Positions 22,290-36,030 of a stretch of 64,000 bases of DNA are shown one piece after another (position 1 is the first letter of the stretch; the number at the start of each line of letters is the position of its first letter). The DNA comes from Marsupella aquatica. Its lineage: Eukaryota > Plantae > Marchantiophyta. The notes under the pieces were generated by a model. The model worked only from the letters and a program-made list of their open reading frames with translations. It had not been told where the DNA came from and did not search any database. The stretch spans positions 1,576,515 through 1,640,514 of the forward strand of contig OZ316897.1 of NCBI GenBank assembly GCA_973895155.1, in the 5' to 3' direction. A program made the position numbers and the translations under genes.

Positions 22290-24830
22290 TGTCGTTGTAA
22301 ATTCCCCATCCAAGACCTAATTTAATGCCATTTCTTGTGAAGGTGTTAGAACTATATGACATTGCCATCTGGTTGTGTATGTTGAAACAAAATATTCTAT
22401 CATGTATAAGGCTGATTCTTCGACCCAAAGTGTTGAAACTTATAAAATTTATCTGGGGACAATAATCAACTTGACCTATTGGTAAGAATAATAATAATAT
22501 TCCCCTATTTGTTAAATATCTCTCTGACATTGCTGCCAATATTAAGGATTACAACATGAAGAATGTCATTATTATCGATGACGCAGCTTATAAGACGAGC
22601 TTGAATAGCTTCTACTCATCTTTGTATCCCGATCCATATTTTGGGCTCAATGATGACACATTTCTTAGGAAAAATCTATATCCATATCTACGTGACATAT
22701 CAAATGAGAAGCTGACATTCCATGAGCTCCATATTGGATATGGTATTCCAAATTTTTCTCGAAAGAATCTTGAGAAAGATTATATTGATAAGGCGAATCT
22801 TTGGAGGAGAAATATGACCATTCGTACTGAGGGGAATCCTGACCATTTACGAAGCTTTGACAAATTCATGGAATTGTTATCTGCTAAAAAAGACCGTCCC
22901 AGTGAAGACGTCAATAAGTAAACTTTTGTCATTTATTTATAATTCTTATTTATAATTTTAACTTTGTATGTTGTGAGTGACGTGTCCGGTCACGTGGTTG
23001 TATGCAATTGCAAAATATGAGAATATAACTATTTATTTTGTCTGATAAATTAGTCACGCAACAATGCGCGTGAAAACACACATAAGTAAACGTTTGTTGT
23101 TTATTTATATTGTTATCTTTGTGTGTTGTGAGTGACACATCCGATTGTGTGGTTGTATGGATTGCATAAGATGAGAATTGAACTATTGATTTTGTCTGAT
23201 AAATTAGTCATGCGATAGTGCGCGTGAAGACACCCATAACTAAATGTTTGTCATTTATTTATATTGTTAACTTTGCGTGTTGTGTGTAAGGCTTCCGGTC
23301 GCGTGGTTGTTTGCAATTGCATAATATGAGAATTGAATTATTGATTTATAGGAGACTAAGTGGAGCAGATCACATCAACTTCTAGTTTTAGAAGTGGAAA
23401 ACTTTCTATGCTATATTAAGAAATATACTCTTGAGATCAAGTGGACTATGGCAATTTGTATCGGATCTTTATGTGTTGTTTCAAGGCCACATCTTCATGA
23501 TTTTCTAAAATTCTATTATGATAATTTTGATGTGATGGTCTGGTCTACTCTCGAGGATAAACTGGTTTATAAGATACTTTCATAAATATTGTCGACTACC
23601 GACTTGTCGCAATTGGGATATGTTTTCACCCAGGATCATTGCTAACATCTTGGTTATGTGAAAAATTCTTATAAGACAGTTGTCTTCAAATCTATGGACA
23701 GACTACGTGATATATTTCAAGATTATCGACCAAAGAATATAATCCAGATTGATGTCTGTCCATCCCATACATGCCAGACAGGCGGATTATTGTTTCCAAA
23801 GACGTTTCAAGGATCCTTAGATGATGTCTTTTTTAGGGAAAACCTTATTTCATATTTACAAAAGCTATCAGATTTAGGGCTTTGTCTTGTGTTCACTAAC
23901 AAGTTTGATTATCCCATCTGGTCAATTAGAAATCTACATCGAGATTGGGCTATGAATGAGGAAATATGGGAGCATTTGTACGTGCAAAGACATGCTAATC
24001 AAGTTCTTATCAAGCACTTCAATAGACGTCACTTATCAAAAGTCAGAGTGAGTGTAGACGACATGTTATTTGTCTGTACTTCCATGATGCATTCACGTGA
24101 CTGTATATCCATACGGGCTCATTGATCTTGTTTTATGTTTCTCTATAGGAGATACATTGTAGCAAAGAAAATGGGCTCATAGTTTTAGATGTGGAGCATC
24201 TACTCTGTTATATTGCACTGCATTCTTGACTGATGGCAGTCTCAACTGGAATTCGTATTGGAAATATATATGTTTTTCCAAGGCCTCATCTTCACAAATT
24301 TGTGAGATTCTGTTTTGAGAATTTTGATGTAGGGATTTGGTCCTCTCTTGGGAAGAACCTTTTACATCAGATTTTAGCATCTATTTTTATTGCGATGGAA
24401 ATGGCCTCACTTAAGTATATTTGGGATCAGCCTCATTGCCACTTATGCGGTGGGACGACCTCAAATAAACATATATTTTTGAAGTGTTTTCATAATGTTG
24501 AAATTTATACAAAGGCGCATCTGCAGCAAAATATAATTCTTATCAAATCCAATGTATTTCATGCTTGTTTAGATCCTATTTTTGGATCATTATTTCCGCC
24601 CAAATAGTTTGGGTTAGTCAACGACAATTTCCTGATTAACTTCTGATTCCGTATCTTAGCAAAATCTTTCGATCCGCTTGTCATTGCCAATGGAAGAGAT
24701 TATCCTGATTGGTCAGTTAAATCTCTTTTTATAGATTATGATTATATAATCATACTATATGGGCAGACCCTGTGATTCAAAGACATGGAGATAGATATCT
24801 AGTAGAGCAGTTTAATAGACGCCCAGTTTA
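22290..24830 (+). pseudogene. Three tandem FCP1/SCP (NIF, HAD-family) phosphatase-like domains
   Basis: Each repeat shows RP.L..FL....D(V/I).(V/I)W, (F/Y)(I/V)(W/F).Q, FK/VK, KN(V/I)I.I(D/K), (F/Y)P and DD.F-type segments. N-terminal motifs are LVLEVENFL (repeat 2) and IVLDVEHLL (repeat 3). Several in-frame stops; introns ~22918-23351 and ~24048-24149. Confidence 0.75.
22920..23345. repeat. ~155-bp tandem repeat (about 2.7 copies) forming an intron
   Basis: TGTGAGTGAC-like anchors at 22972, 23127 and 23281. Confidence 0.85.
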
Positions 24831-25621
24831 GGACGCTTCCAAAATAATAGTTGGAAGGAGTTCAGATGAATTGGTATTGTCATGCTTGAAACTATTTGTA
24901 ATCTCCCTAAATACAGGTTATCATATATAAAAGGTCTCAAAGATTTGTTTCTCTATTGTTATTTGCATGAGCATGTCTCTTGGTCCCATCATGTTGGATT
25001 GTGTCAAATCTTTGCAGCTTTGATCTCAAGCATCAGGACCTTATTGATGATCTTAAAGTCCAAAATGCATCAGTTCTTCGGGTCTTATCAGAACAATTTC
25101 ATTTGCAGATAGGTGGTTAGGAAGTGGACTCAGACAGAAATCTTGAAGTCAAACCATCACACGTAGTGAAAAAAATGAAACTTTCCACAATTTTCACAGC
25201 CATTCCAACAACTCCCATAGAAAATGCTTTGATTGTTGAATATCTGCACGGAGATGACTGTGAGCGGGGTCTTACGTTTCAGAGAATTGGACATTTTATC
25301 CTCTTTGTAAGAATATCTTTCTCTGGTTTTCACTTGCCTCAGCCATATCTGTGCAACGGGATGTAGGTGGGTTACATATAAGATGCAATTGGTAATCAGT
25401 ATCGTTGCAATTTAACTCCAATACATGCATATTGTCAGCTATGCATATTGTCGGCTTCTTGCATGCCAACTAGCAAGTCCAAATTTACGGTGCAAAGTGC
25501 AAACCTTTGCAGCATATCAGGTGGCATTTGAGTCTGACGGCCCAAAGTATCTCCCCAAGGTTCTCTGAGCAGGTATCTCGTGGGGAGCTCTTTCAAACTT
25601 AATTATAGAAAGTGAAAAATA

Positions 25622-25720
25622 CACCACGGTAACTTACACTCACCCAAGGAGAGATCAGCACTCCTACAGCTATTCTAGATTGCTGCTCTTTTCTGTAGTC
25701 GTAGTTCTTCTGAGCTCCTG
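25622..25720. repeat. ~100-bp copy of the 3' end of the 38428-39525 gene
   Basis: Near-identical to 38374-38473 in the same orientation. Confidence 0.9.
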
Positions 25721-26339
25721 ACCAGCCTTCCTAAGGGGAGACAGCAAAACAAGAATTTTAATTTACTATAGCGGCAGGAGAAGCACACTCCACATGACTG
25801 GCTAGTGCTCAGGTACTGGCAAGGTACCATTCAATGGTTCCATGATAAAACTACTTTACTATTGGTGAGGGCTGCAATGAGACATCTAATCCTGAGTTCA
25901 TGGGGGGAACCGGTGGTACCTGTAATCTGTCCACATGAACTGCTCAAAGACTTGAGTAAGCGCCGTATTAATCAAAACACATATCAAGATAGGCCTTTGT
26001 TCTTGTTGATTTCCCAGTCTGGATATTAGTGCGATGTTTGGCCCAATCCTTAATAAACTCCTAGTAGGTGCCAGGCTGGGTTTTTTTGGTCTCGACGGCC
26101 TCATTGAGTTACAAAATTTCCACTCAGATGGCCTCGCTCACTCACTTTTTCACTTGATGGCCACACCAAGTTGGAAGATTCCACTTTGAGGCCTTGCTGG
26201 GTGAAAATTTACAGGGAAAAATGCACTTGGCCGATCTTCGTTTTTTTTGCCTTGAAAGCCATCCAACAGAGGATAGATGTCCTACTCCAGAGCATGTGAT
26301 TTTATGTAGGGTAGGCAAGCCACAAGGGGACAACACCCA

Positions 26340-26480
26340 TGGATCCGACAGGACCCAGACCAGGAAGGAAAGAGGGTTCAACCAAGGCCCCAAAGCACGC
26401 GAGTCAGCTAGGGGCCAAGAAGAACCAATATTCTCACCACTACACCCCACCCACACATACACACACATACCCTCCACACG
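26340..26480. repeat. Dispersed repeat, inverted homologue of 32684-32832
   Basis: GGATCCGACA.GACCC..ACCAGGAAGGA...ACACACATACCCTCCACAC matches the reverse complement of the LINE-nested insert. Confidence 0.7.
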
Positions 26481-27419
26481 CCTTGTATGTGCCTGGGTGT
26501 GCGTGGAGGGGGGATTGAATCTGGGACCTCTCGGTTCTTGGCTAATCCCCTGGCCAACTGACCACAGCCAGTTGGTTGATCTGGCCGAGTCACTTTTTCA
26601 ACTGAGCAAGATCAGCCGAGTGAAAATTTTCCAAATGTATTTTCCAGATGTTTTGCCAGACTCACCCTGCCGGCTGACCCTCTTCCTGCCTTGCCCTCGC
26701 TTGCATCCAAGTAGCCCACACCTTGACTCCAATGTTGTACAGTTTTGACTTTCTGCTAGGTTCCTTGCTTGAATTTCAAGATTGTAATCTACTGCCGTGT
26801 GAAGCTGATTTCTAGTGTTCACTAAATTTATGGGCTGAGTTCTGAGGGTATGTAATTACTCCTAATTAAATGTCACCTTTGAAACTAAAGAAAGGATGAT
26901 AAGGGTGTTTAATTACTCCTAACAGCAACCAAACCCAGTAACCTTTGGAGATGCTCAGAGGGAGACTACTACCAACGGCATGATCGTTCTGTGAATGGTT
27001 TGGTCACGTCATAGCAAATTCCCGTCTCAAGAATCACTCTGTCAACTATCGTGTGAGTTTACAGTCGCGGCCAAATCCGTGCGCAATCGAGGAGTTGGTA
27101 TTTTATTTTTTTGCCTTGAAACCGAAAGCTGACCATCTAGAGGATAGACGATTACTCCAGAGCATGCATCAATCGAGGAGTTGGTATTTGGACTCGTTGG
27201 ATGGCGATGATCATGTGAGGAATTGAAAGAGGGAAAACAAAAGTAATGTAGGAAGATTGTATGTAGGACAGACGGAAGATGGAGGTGGGTGGTCGGCCCT
27301 CAGTGCGGAGGGGCCAACTGCTGATTGTCATTGATTTGGTCCCATCACGGCAGATAGGGATGGACTGCAGAGGATGAACGCACGTTGAAGTGTAAACTCC
27401 AACAGTAGTAGGCGGAGAC

Positions 27420-30167
27420 ATGGACGGACCAAGCAGAAGCCCGTCGGAGGCTCAAAGTATGGGCTGCAGTTGAAGATCTCAGCTAAGAAGCCACAGCTAG
27501 CGAAACCGGTTCCGTTTTCGCTTGACGATGGAGAGGAGTACACTGTTGAGGATGATATTGCGCGAACAGTCCTCGAAGAAACAGGCTGCGCATGAGGTCT
27601 CTATACTCTGATTGGTGTGGTGAAATGCCTCTTTTCTCTTAAACTGACGGTTCTGTTTCCAAAGTTCAACAATTCTAACTGTGGAAGTAGGGTGATTTTG
27701 TACTCGTTGTCTCTCTGATGTGGTTATTTTTGGCGGGCGGTAATCTTGCATACCATGTTGGTAAGAGAAGATTTTGATCTTACAGTGTGTGGGCATGTCA
27801 CAAGGCCTGCATCTCTTGGGGTTCCTCTCAGAAAAGCTTCCATAGAAACCCTAATCAACAGCCGAATAAGGTGACTTTGTTGTTGAACGCTTGGACAAAT
27901 CACACTCTTCAATGTATCTTCTTATTGTTTGTTAAAGACCAGACGATATACCATAGTTTTCTCTCCACTGGATGGGCCACGTTCTATAAGTCATTCAATA
28001 TGCAGCAGTCATTTAGAAGGACACTTTAACTCGATCGACATATATTCTATGTAGTTATCTTAAGTTTTAAACGCTAATTCACAATTCAAAAAGTGCACCA
28101 TGTTTGTTGGCAAGAATATTGCTCTGGACCCTATTGAGCTACTTTTCATGTTAGTGAAGTATTTAGAAGCTCTACCAGATGAACTAATGTCCTATCATGT
28201 TGTCGAATATAAAGTCCATAGGACTCCGACATGCTAGTCTATCTGTACTCTTACTACTAAACCCTAATTCATAACTAGCCACATAGTCGATGCTCTGAAG
28301 CGTCCGTCACATGGAGCCCTAGCTGATTAAGCCTAATTCATTCACTATAGGTCTTGCTGATAATCTCATTCCAAGTTGGTGGATCCATATAAGCATTTGT
28401 CATATGCGTAACTCTAAGTCCCCTAGATCGCAACGCATTGAAAACGTACTGATTCATAAGGAATGGATTGGAACAGGTGGATGTACAAATCAAGCAGGCT
28501 CTAGAGCAGGATGCAAGTGCATTTGATTATGATGGAGTTTATGATGAAGGGCCAGCAAGCGCAGCACTGAAAATATTCTGTATTTCGTAATGTGATGGCC
28601 AATGCTACTCGTTTCTGCATAGACAAAATGCTTTGTGGGCATTCCACAGTGTATGTTTCTAACACCAGTATCCAATTGCTACGATTGTTTGTGCAGCTGT
28701 GTCTGGGTAAATTATAATCACTAGCTAGTATTCCTGGTTTGGTGACTGTTCCGTGTGGATTGTACGATCTTCACGAGTTATGATGTTTCTGTCAACTTGA
28801 AGATCTCTTAGTTCTCTGCTCTATATTTCTGATGTGTATTGTCTGTCTGTGTATGGTCCTCTGCTTGCAGCCTAAATACTAAAAAAAGCTTATCGACATA
28901 GCGAAGGTGCGGCGAGGATAAGGATAAATTTGTGACAAGTTTGTACAAGAAAAAACTGATAGAGGTGGGCAACTGGAAGGATGAAGAATGCTTACGAGAT
29001 CTTTGTGAAGAAGCTCATGAGGTACTTTCTCACTGCCCTTTTGCAACAGAACCTGCCTCCTGTTTCCTTTGCTTAGCTGGCGCTTCATCCAACATCTTGC
29101 AAATAAGAGTAAGAAATTGTCTCATAGGCTGCACCTAGAAATGTTTCCCATCATAGCTGGACCAGGTCATGCCGTGGGTGTTGAATATATATATGTACAG
29201 TCTATTAGAGGTTTGTTATTGACCACTGACAAATGTTCCCGATACTTTGTAATCCTTAAATAATCACTTTGGCTTTCGACAATTTTAAGTGGATGCTTTT
29301 GGCTCTAATACGTCTCTAACAATGTCAATTGACCACAAAGAACTTTCTAGACTGAGCAATCAGCACATGATATTGTTATGTTATTCAATTGATAGCATCT
29401 GTAGAGAGGAAAGATTCCATACTTTGTATCATATGTGTACTACCCAGTCGATATCTTTGGTTAGCTTTGGGTGCGCATTGAATTGTTCCGTTGCGTCGTA
29501 GCTTTGGGGTCTCACTAGTCCGGTGGGAAGTAGCTTGTCTGCTAGAAGCTATCTTTCCGTGCAGTACTATTTATCAAAGTGGAACGGGAAAATTCACCTG
29601 CAGGATATTTAGGAACAGATTTTCTGACTCCAACACGAGCGTTGGAACATTGGTTAATGTATCGACCGTGGTGAATTTCTTTTGCAGATTTCTGGAAAGA
29701 AAGATATGAGTGATTTTTATCGTAACTTGCTCAAGAACAACGTAGCCGTCGGAGCTAGAAAGAAAATGGATCTGCGTAGTCATCCAGAAGAGACTCCAGC
29801 AGTTGTGTCACAAGCTTTATCTGAACTTCAACAAGAAAAGGAAACCTCTAATGACTGTGACAAACGAAGTAACACGGCTCAAAGAAGACACAGAGTCCAA
29901 CAAGAGGACTCAGAGACCAGTTCTCCGTTAGCATCCCCTAAAAGCAAGCCAAACATTGATCAGTTGGCTGTAGAACTCCCTGACAAGGTATCCAATAAAC
30001 CCCATACCAACCTTCCAGCGGGAAAAAACCAAAGTTCACCCACAGACCCTCCTAAGGTCGATGGACTTCCACTCAGTGCACCTGCTGGTGATCGGAAATC
30101 TAAGGAGGATGCCGTGGCTGCTGGTAGGGATAGGAATTTGGCTCGGAAGAGACAACGAAATGACTAG
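27420..30167 (+). pseudogene. NSRP1: NSRP1/CCDC55 (DUF2040) nuclear speckle splicing regulator, decayed intron-retaining copy
   Basis: Exons ~27420-27596 (KYGLQLK..EDDIAR), 28477-~28550 (ALEQDASAFDYDGVYDE), 28871-29021 (PKY*..DKFVTSLYKKKL) and 29688-30167 (KKDMSDFYRNLLKNNVAVGA); frameshifts, a stop and internal deletions. Confidence 0.85.
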
Positions 30168-30829
30168 TCTCATTGCGAGTGTACAGGACATCAATACTTC
30201 AATTTCGATGTGAATGCTCAAATTTGTTCTTTCATGCTCAACCGGAGCAGTATGTGCTATGCATATGGGTTTATGATCTCCAAGTTCTGAAATAGTTGGG
30301 CCTTCTTTTCAATCATCAACATTGGGAGAGAATCTGGATTTTACTTCCAACAAAGGACATCGGCTGAGTGCATCAGTTCAGATTGAAGTTCATGTCGCCA
30401 TTTACATCTTGAACTTGAGGTCTGTTTTGTAGGTCCATTTGCTGCAATGTAACTGAACCTATTATGTCCCTGTACATCTGCAGTTCTACCGTGTGACTGT
30501 TTGTTCCTTCCATTTACATAGATTCTGGGTGTTGCTTAACACTTCTGCTAACCTGTCACCCAATTCTGCACGATTCTATTGGTACATAAGTACATTCTAA
30601 AAAGGAATCGCATTCCCCAAACGTGTACATCTACAATGCCATCAGTTAACTTAGATGGATCCACTGTGATCCATTCCGGTATCCAAATTGTGAAACTTTT
30701 TTCAATTTCTTCTCAAAAAGAGTATGAAAAAATGAGCTATACGCTTGGATGATCCCTAAACTTGTGCTCATATAGGATTCCCAAGTTTGCACGGGATTTA
30801 TTCAAACAAACACGGATGGCATGGATTAC

Positions 30830-33420
30830 AATGAAAAGGTGATTTCAGCATTTTGAAATGTCATCAGGTGCAAAGGTTGACCAGGAGATGTCATCTGATG
30901 TAAATGTCATCAGGTGCAAAGGTTGACCATTTCATCAAGTGAGCAGGCGGAGCTCCTGGCTATGGCGGCCAGGTAGGGCCATCGTGTGGGGATGAATCTG
31001 ACTATGGTAGGGCCGTCGTATGGGGAGGAATCAGAGTAGGGAAACATTGTTAACGAAAGAGAAGCAAGATTACATGGCTCACTATGCCAAATTGAAACTA
31101 GAAGGAAAGGCGAATATCGAAGCAGAATGAACACAAAGATTCTGGGGCGAGAGAAAGCAAGTATACTGGCTTTCTCTGACATGGAAACATTTCAGGAGAT
31201 CTGAATCCCGATCTCAATCGCCGGGGGCGAGGCGGACAGGAGCACCACAAAGGAGAACCTTCGAAGAGGAGACCTAGAAGATGGTCAGGAGGTAATGCAG
31301 CGAAGACCGGGCAGACATGGAAACATTTCAGGAGATCTGAATCCCGATCTCAATCGCCGGGGGCGAGGCGGACAGGAGCACCACAAAGGAGAACCTTCGA
31401 AGAGGAGACCTAGAAGATGGTCAGGAGGTAACGCAGCGAAGACCGGGCAGGAATGATGAACACCAGATCGAATCTTGACACAAGCAGGAACAACGCCTGG
31501 CAATAACACAGCTTGCACGATCATACACACAGTTATGGAGCTATTGCCGGAACCGAATGGAGAAGACATCAGGTTTGGTTTCAGGGACCCAGAATGAAAC
31601 CCGGAGGAAGATGATTCGTAAAGCTACCAAACGGAGGTAGAAGAACAGGAGGACCCATACGACCATAACTTAGATAAGGAAGCGGGCATGCATGTATCAG
31701 ACGAAGATCTGCGTGAATAGCTTGCACCCCTTCCAAAGGTCCCAGGCGTTCCTTCTCCAGGTCTAAGAACTGAAAAATTAATTGTTGACAAAAACATCAT
31801 GGCCAGCAGAATTCTGCATCTTCAGAACCGGGGAATCATATTCTACATTGTTGACATTAACCCATTCAGGGATTACTTTGAAACTTGGGCTTTGAAACAT
31901 GTTGTAATTGGTTTTTGAATGCAGATAGAGATGGAGCAAATCAAAGTGTTATCTAGGTACACTTTACTACTCGTTGTCTCAACACCAGCTGAACAGGAAT
32001 CAATTCTGCTTGAGCCTACCTCCATATGGGGCGGAAGATGGTCGTGGCTATGCCCTGGACCCCGGATTTTGACTCGAATGAGGTCCACTAAGGCTCCTGT
32101 CTGGGTTGATCTCCCTTTGCTTAATCCGGCTCTAGAATACTATGCAAACCAAATGCTTGCCAAAATTGGGACGGTCCTGTATGCACAGACTGCCCAAGCG
32201 AGAAGTAAATTCTCTCACATTAGGGGATGCGTTCTTTGCAATCTCAACAAGGATTTAATTAGTGGAGTACATTGACTCGACCATTCCCAACGTGGGCAGC
32301 TATCAAGTTGATGTGATCTACCAAACCATTCCAGATGCTTGTTTTGCCTGCAAACAACCTGGGCACATTGCCAGGGACTGCAACAATAAATCAGGAAAGG
32401 AGAAACCTGACAGCTCCACAAGGAGACAATCACACGAAGAAGCACAAGCAACAAAACACTAAGAAGGGAGAGGTCAACAAGGACGGCTTTACCACTGTAA
32501 AGGGAAAGAGCGCACAAAGAGGGAATCAACGAGAAGGACAATGAACACAGACCTGCCGAAACTCAAAATCAGAATTTTTTTGAGGCTCTGGCAACTCAAG
32601 TCAGGCTAGAAGAAGGAGACTAAGATAGAAGCTGAAAGCACCAGGAACGTGAGGCAGCAAAAATTGGCACTACCAGTACCCCTAGTGTGGAGGGTATATG
32701 TGTGTGTGTGGATGGGATGGGTTTTGTGGGTAATGGATTGGAGTTCTGATTATCTGCTCAGCCCCTGGTAGTCCACTTTGTGGCCCTGATTTAATCCTCT
32801 CTCCTTCCTGGTGCGGGTCCTTGTCGGATCCGTTGGGGCTCTCGGATCCGTTGGGGCTCTCGGATCCGTTGGGGCTCACCCTGGTCTGGGTTCCCTACAG
32901 AAAAACTGTCACATTGGGATGGGGGGAGTCTAATTGTATTTCCTCCCCATTTCCATTCAAAACAAAAAGGACAACTACGAGGTTGTTGTGAGAGCGACTG
33001 AACCAATGGAAATGGAAAATATAAAGAACCCTGGTCTGGGTTCCCTCCAGAAAAATTGTCACATTGGGATGGGGGGAGTCTAATTGTATTTCCTCCCCAT
33101 TTCCATTAAAGACAAATAGGATAACTACGAGGTTGTTGTGAGAGCAACTGAACCAATGGAAATAGAAAATATAAAGAATGCAGGAAAAGCCAACGCATCA
33201 CCAAACAGGGGATGGGAGGCAGGAAGCTCTGGATCCCCCAAGCGACTGGAGATATCAATTAGACAACCTCCAAAATAAACCAAAAAAACCTGAATACTGG
33301 AGCCATATATCCCAAACTTTGCGAGCAACAAAAGGATGGTTGAGGTGATACCTGAAGAGATCCCATACAACCAATTGGGAAACTTTGGGAACATTGACTA
33401 TTCATTTAAAAACAACTTTT
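30830..33420 (+). mobile_element. Degenerate LINE (L1-type) ORF1 remnant
   Basis: DUF4283-like APVWVDLP..KIGTVL..IRGCV followed by the zinc knuckle CFACKQPGHIARDC; many stops and frameshifts; no ORF2 seen. Internal tandem duplications at 31181-31450 (136 bp) and ~32880-33180 (150 bp). Confidence 0.75.
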
Positions 33421-35439
33421 AATCACTTTGCCACTAAAGATGTTCTAATTCACACTACACTGTTTGCCCTGTATTTATAAAAATTATTTGTACATTTGGG
33501 CAAGAAAATTTGGACTTTGAGGGCTGAAAGGTGTACATTTTGAGATCAGTGTACATTTGGGAGAGAGAATTGGGCATTTGGGAACTTATTAAGTAAATAA
33601 TATTTAGGGTTCAAACTATAAATTATTGAATGAATAAAACAAAATGACAAAGTTCAACAAAGGCAATAAGTGCTTAATATCATTCTTTATTAAAATTATA
33701 ATAATAACCTACGACTCCAAGGTTGTGACTAGAGAGACCAAAACCATTGCATAAAGTGTACACAAAGAGCTGGCCAAATTTTCTCAATCATATACAAAAT
33801 AGGAGAGTTTGCACGGTCTTGACCGATAGTCCTGACTTTTGCCCCAGAAAAGAGAGGCATGTGATAGCGAGTAGGCTCAAAACTTGGAATGGGTACAATG
33901 GGTGAAATCAAAGCAAAGAGTTCCTCAACAACTCTCAACATTGTGACAAATTTTTTGGGAAAGGTTGATCTCATATAGACCCACAATCTGTCCACCAAAG
34001 TCCATTGTCCTTGAGTACTGAATTGAGGAGCATGGGGGTGGGCAACTGCTTTAGAGTTGAGAGGGGCAAGGCCCGGGCAAGGATGGGTTCAGGATAATTG
34101 TATGGAGGATTTGGGAGCACTCAACAGGTAACAGGGAAAACAGGCTTACAAAAGGGGGAGGGGAGTCCTTGAAGCCTTTATTAAACCCTAAAACCCTCCT
34201 TTATTAAATATCCAAACTACGTTGAACACTCTTGGCCATCATAAAACCAAGGCAAAGTGTCAATTTTGGACTAACCCTCTAGAGATCATATGGACATGCA
34301 TTGTAATCAAATGACAAGTCAACGTTTGTGGATATACTCTTGGACAAATTTAAGGATCTTAGGGGGAATATTCAACCCTCGATCCATAATATTTTGTTCT
34401 TTCATACCCAACTTAAATCCATACATTGCAGACAAAGCATATTGCCATGCAATAGAGACATTATTAAAAATAGGATCAATCTCTTGAATCAACTTTGGAA
34501 CAGGATGGATACTTTTGCACTCCCAGACCTCCAGCATAATTGCGAGTAAAGTAGAAACTTCCCAATTCTGAACTTGCCTAGCAACCTTCAAAAAAAAGTG
34601 CATCCACATCTCAATCCACATCCTTGTGTGTATGTCCAACCATGAGAAAGACATCTGCACCATTTCAAAGACTGTGATGCCTAGGCAAGAATCACTAGGA
34701 CATTCAAGGGTTAAAACCTTGTTGTATATACTTATCTACATGCATAAGCTATCAGGTAAAAGGGAGAAAACTTAAACATTTAAGGGTACCCACAGAACCC
34801 AAGCCGAGGCCGGAAGTGAGGGTGTAGCAACAGCGGCTTTGGGTACGATTAGGGTTAGGGCACGCTTATGCACCAATCATCGGCAGTAGATTGTCAAGCG
34901 ACCACATCACAATGGACAGAAGGGGGTAAGGACTGGCTTGCCATAATCAGTGGCTCATTCTCCGCTGCCGACAATCATCCTTCAAGGGGTGAACAAGTTG
35001 GCGCTTTATTAGTGAGATGCTTTTGAATAGGGATGCACATGGAGAATTTGGGTATGGGGAGCCCTTCCTGTGTGTGTTAGGGAATCCAAGGGGACAGTAG
35101 GAGGCCTTGAGAGTTCCAATAGAGGGAGGAAAGGTCCAAGGCAGTAGGGTTCACGAAACAAACTGCACATTACCAGGCACAAATTTGCACTCGGGCCTTA
35201 GTTCCTTTATAGTTGTGTGGGACTCTCAAGTTGCACATTCCCAGGTTCCAATTTGTAGTAGGGCCGCAGTTCCTTTATCATTGAGTGGGGCTCCTTGGTT
35301 TTTGGCTCTTAGATCTTCCTGGGGTTTTTTCCCGTGTTTTCTCCCCTTATATTGCGTCTCTCACATTTGGGATCCCGTCTCCAGGTTTGGCATTTGTTTT
35401 CCATTTATTTGGTCTCTAGCATTGGGTTAATATCTCCCC

Positions 35440-36030
35440 ATTTGGCAAGTCTTGTGCTTTGGCAGGTGATATTTACTGTCTTATTCTTTGGCAGGTGATA
35501 TTTTATTGTAATATGTCCTAGCTTGAACATGTCAGAGCTCATACTCATTTTGTTTCAATGATTAATCTTTGGAAGGTGACATTTACTGGTCTTATTCTTT
35601 GGGAGGTGATATTTTATTGTAATATGTCCTGGCTTAAGCATGTCAGAGTGAGACTCATTTTTTTTCAATGACTAATTTCCTTTCTAATCTCATGGGCTGG
35701 AGTTAAACATTCCATATTTTCATTTAGTAATTTGGATTCGCCAGTCACAAGACTTTTCTTAAAATCATTTGGACTAGAATTTTTCTGCCAATCAAAAGGC
35801 TATCCTAAAGTTCATTAGATTAGAATCTTACTGCCAATTAGAAGGCTTTTATTAAATTCATTGCAAGAGGGGAATAGATAGAAGGACCACTTCCTTCGGA
35901 CCAAACTCTTATTTGGCAGACAGTTTTTCTTAAATTTCTAGAATCTTACTGCCAATCCTTCAATCTCACTTCCAATCATAAGGCTTTTCTGGAGTTACTT
36001 TGCTTTGGACTACAATCTTGCTGCCAATCA
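35440..36030. repeat. Cluster of TTGGCAG(GTGA) / (ATCTTA)CTGCCAAT motifs, likely TE subterminal repeats
   Basis: More than 10 copies, mostly switching orientation near 35740. Confidence 0.5.

Noticed and set aside
33729-34663. Two minus-strand ORF fragments
   Set aside because: No recognisable domain; too degenerate to call.
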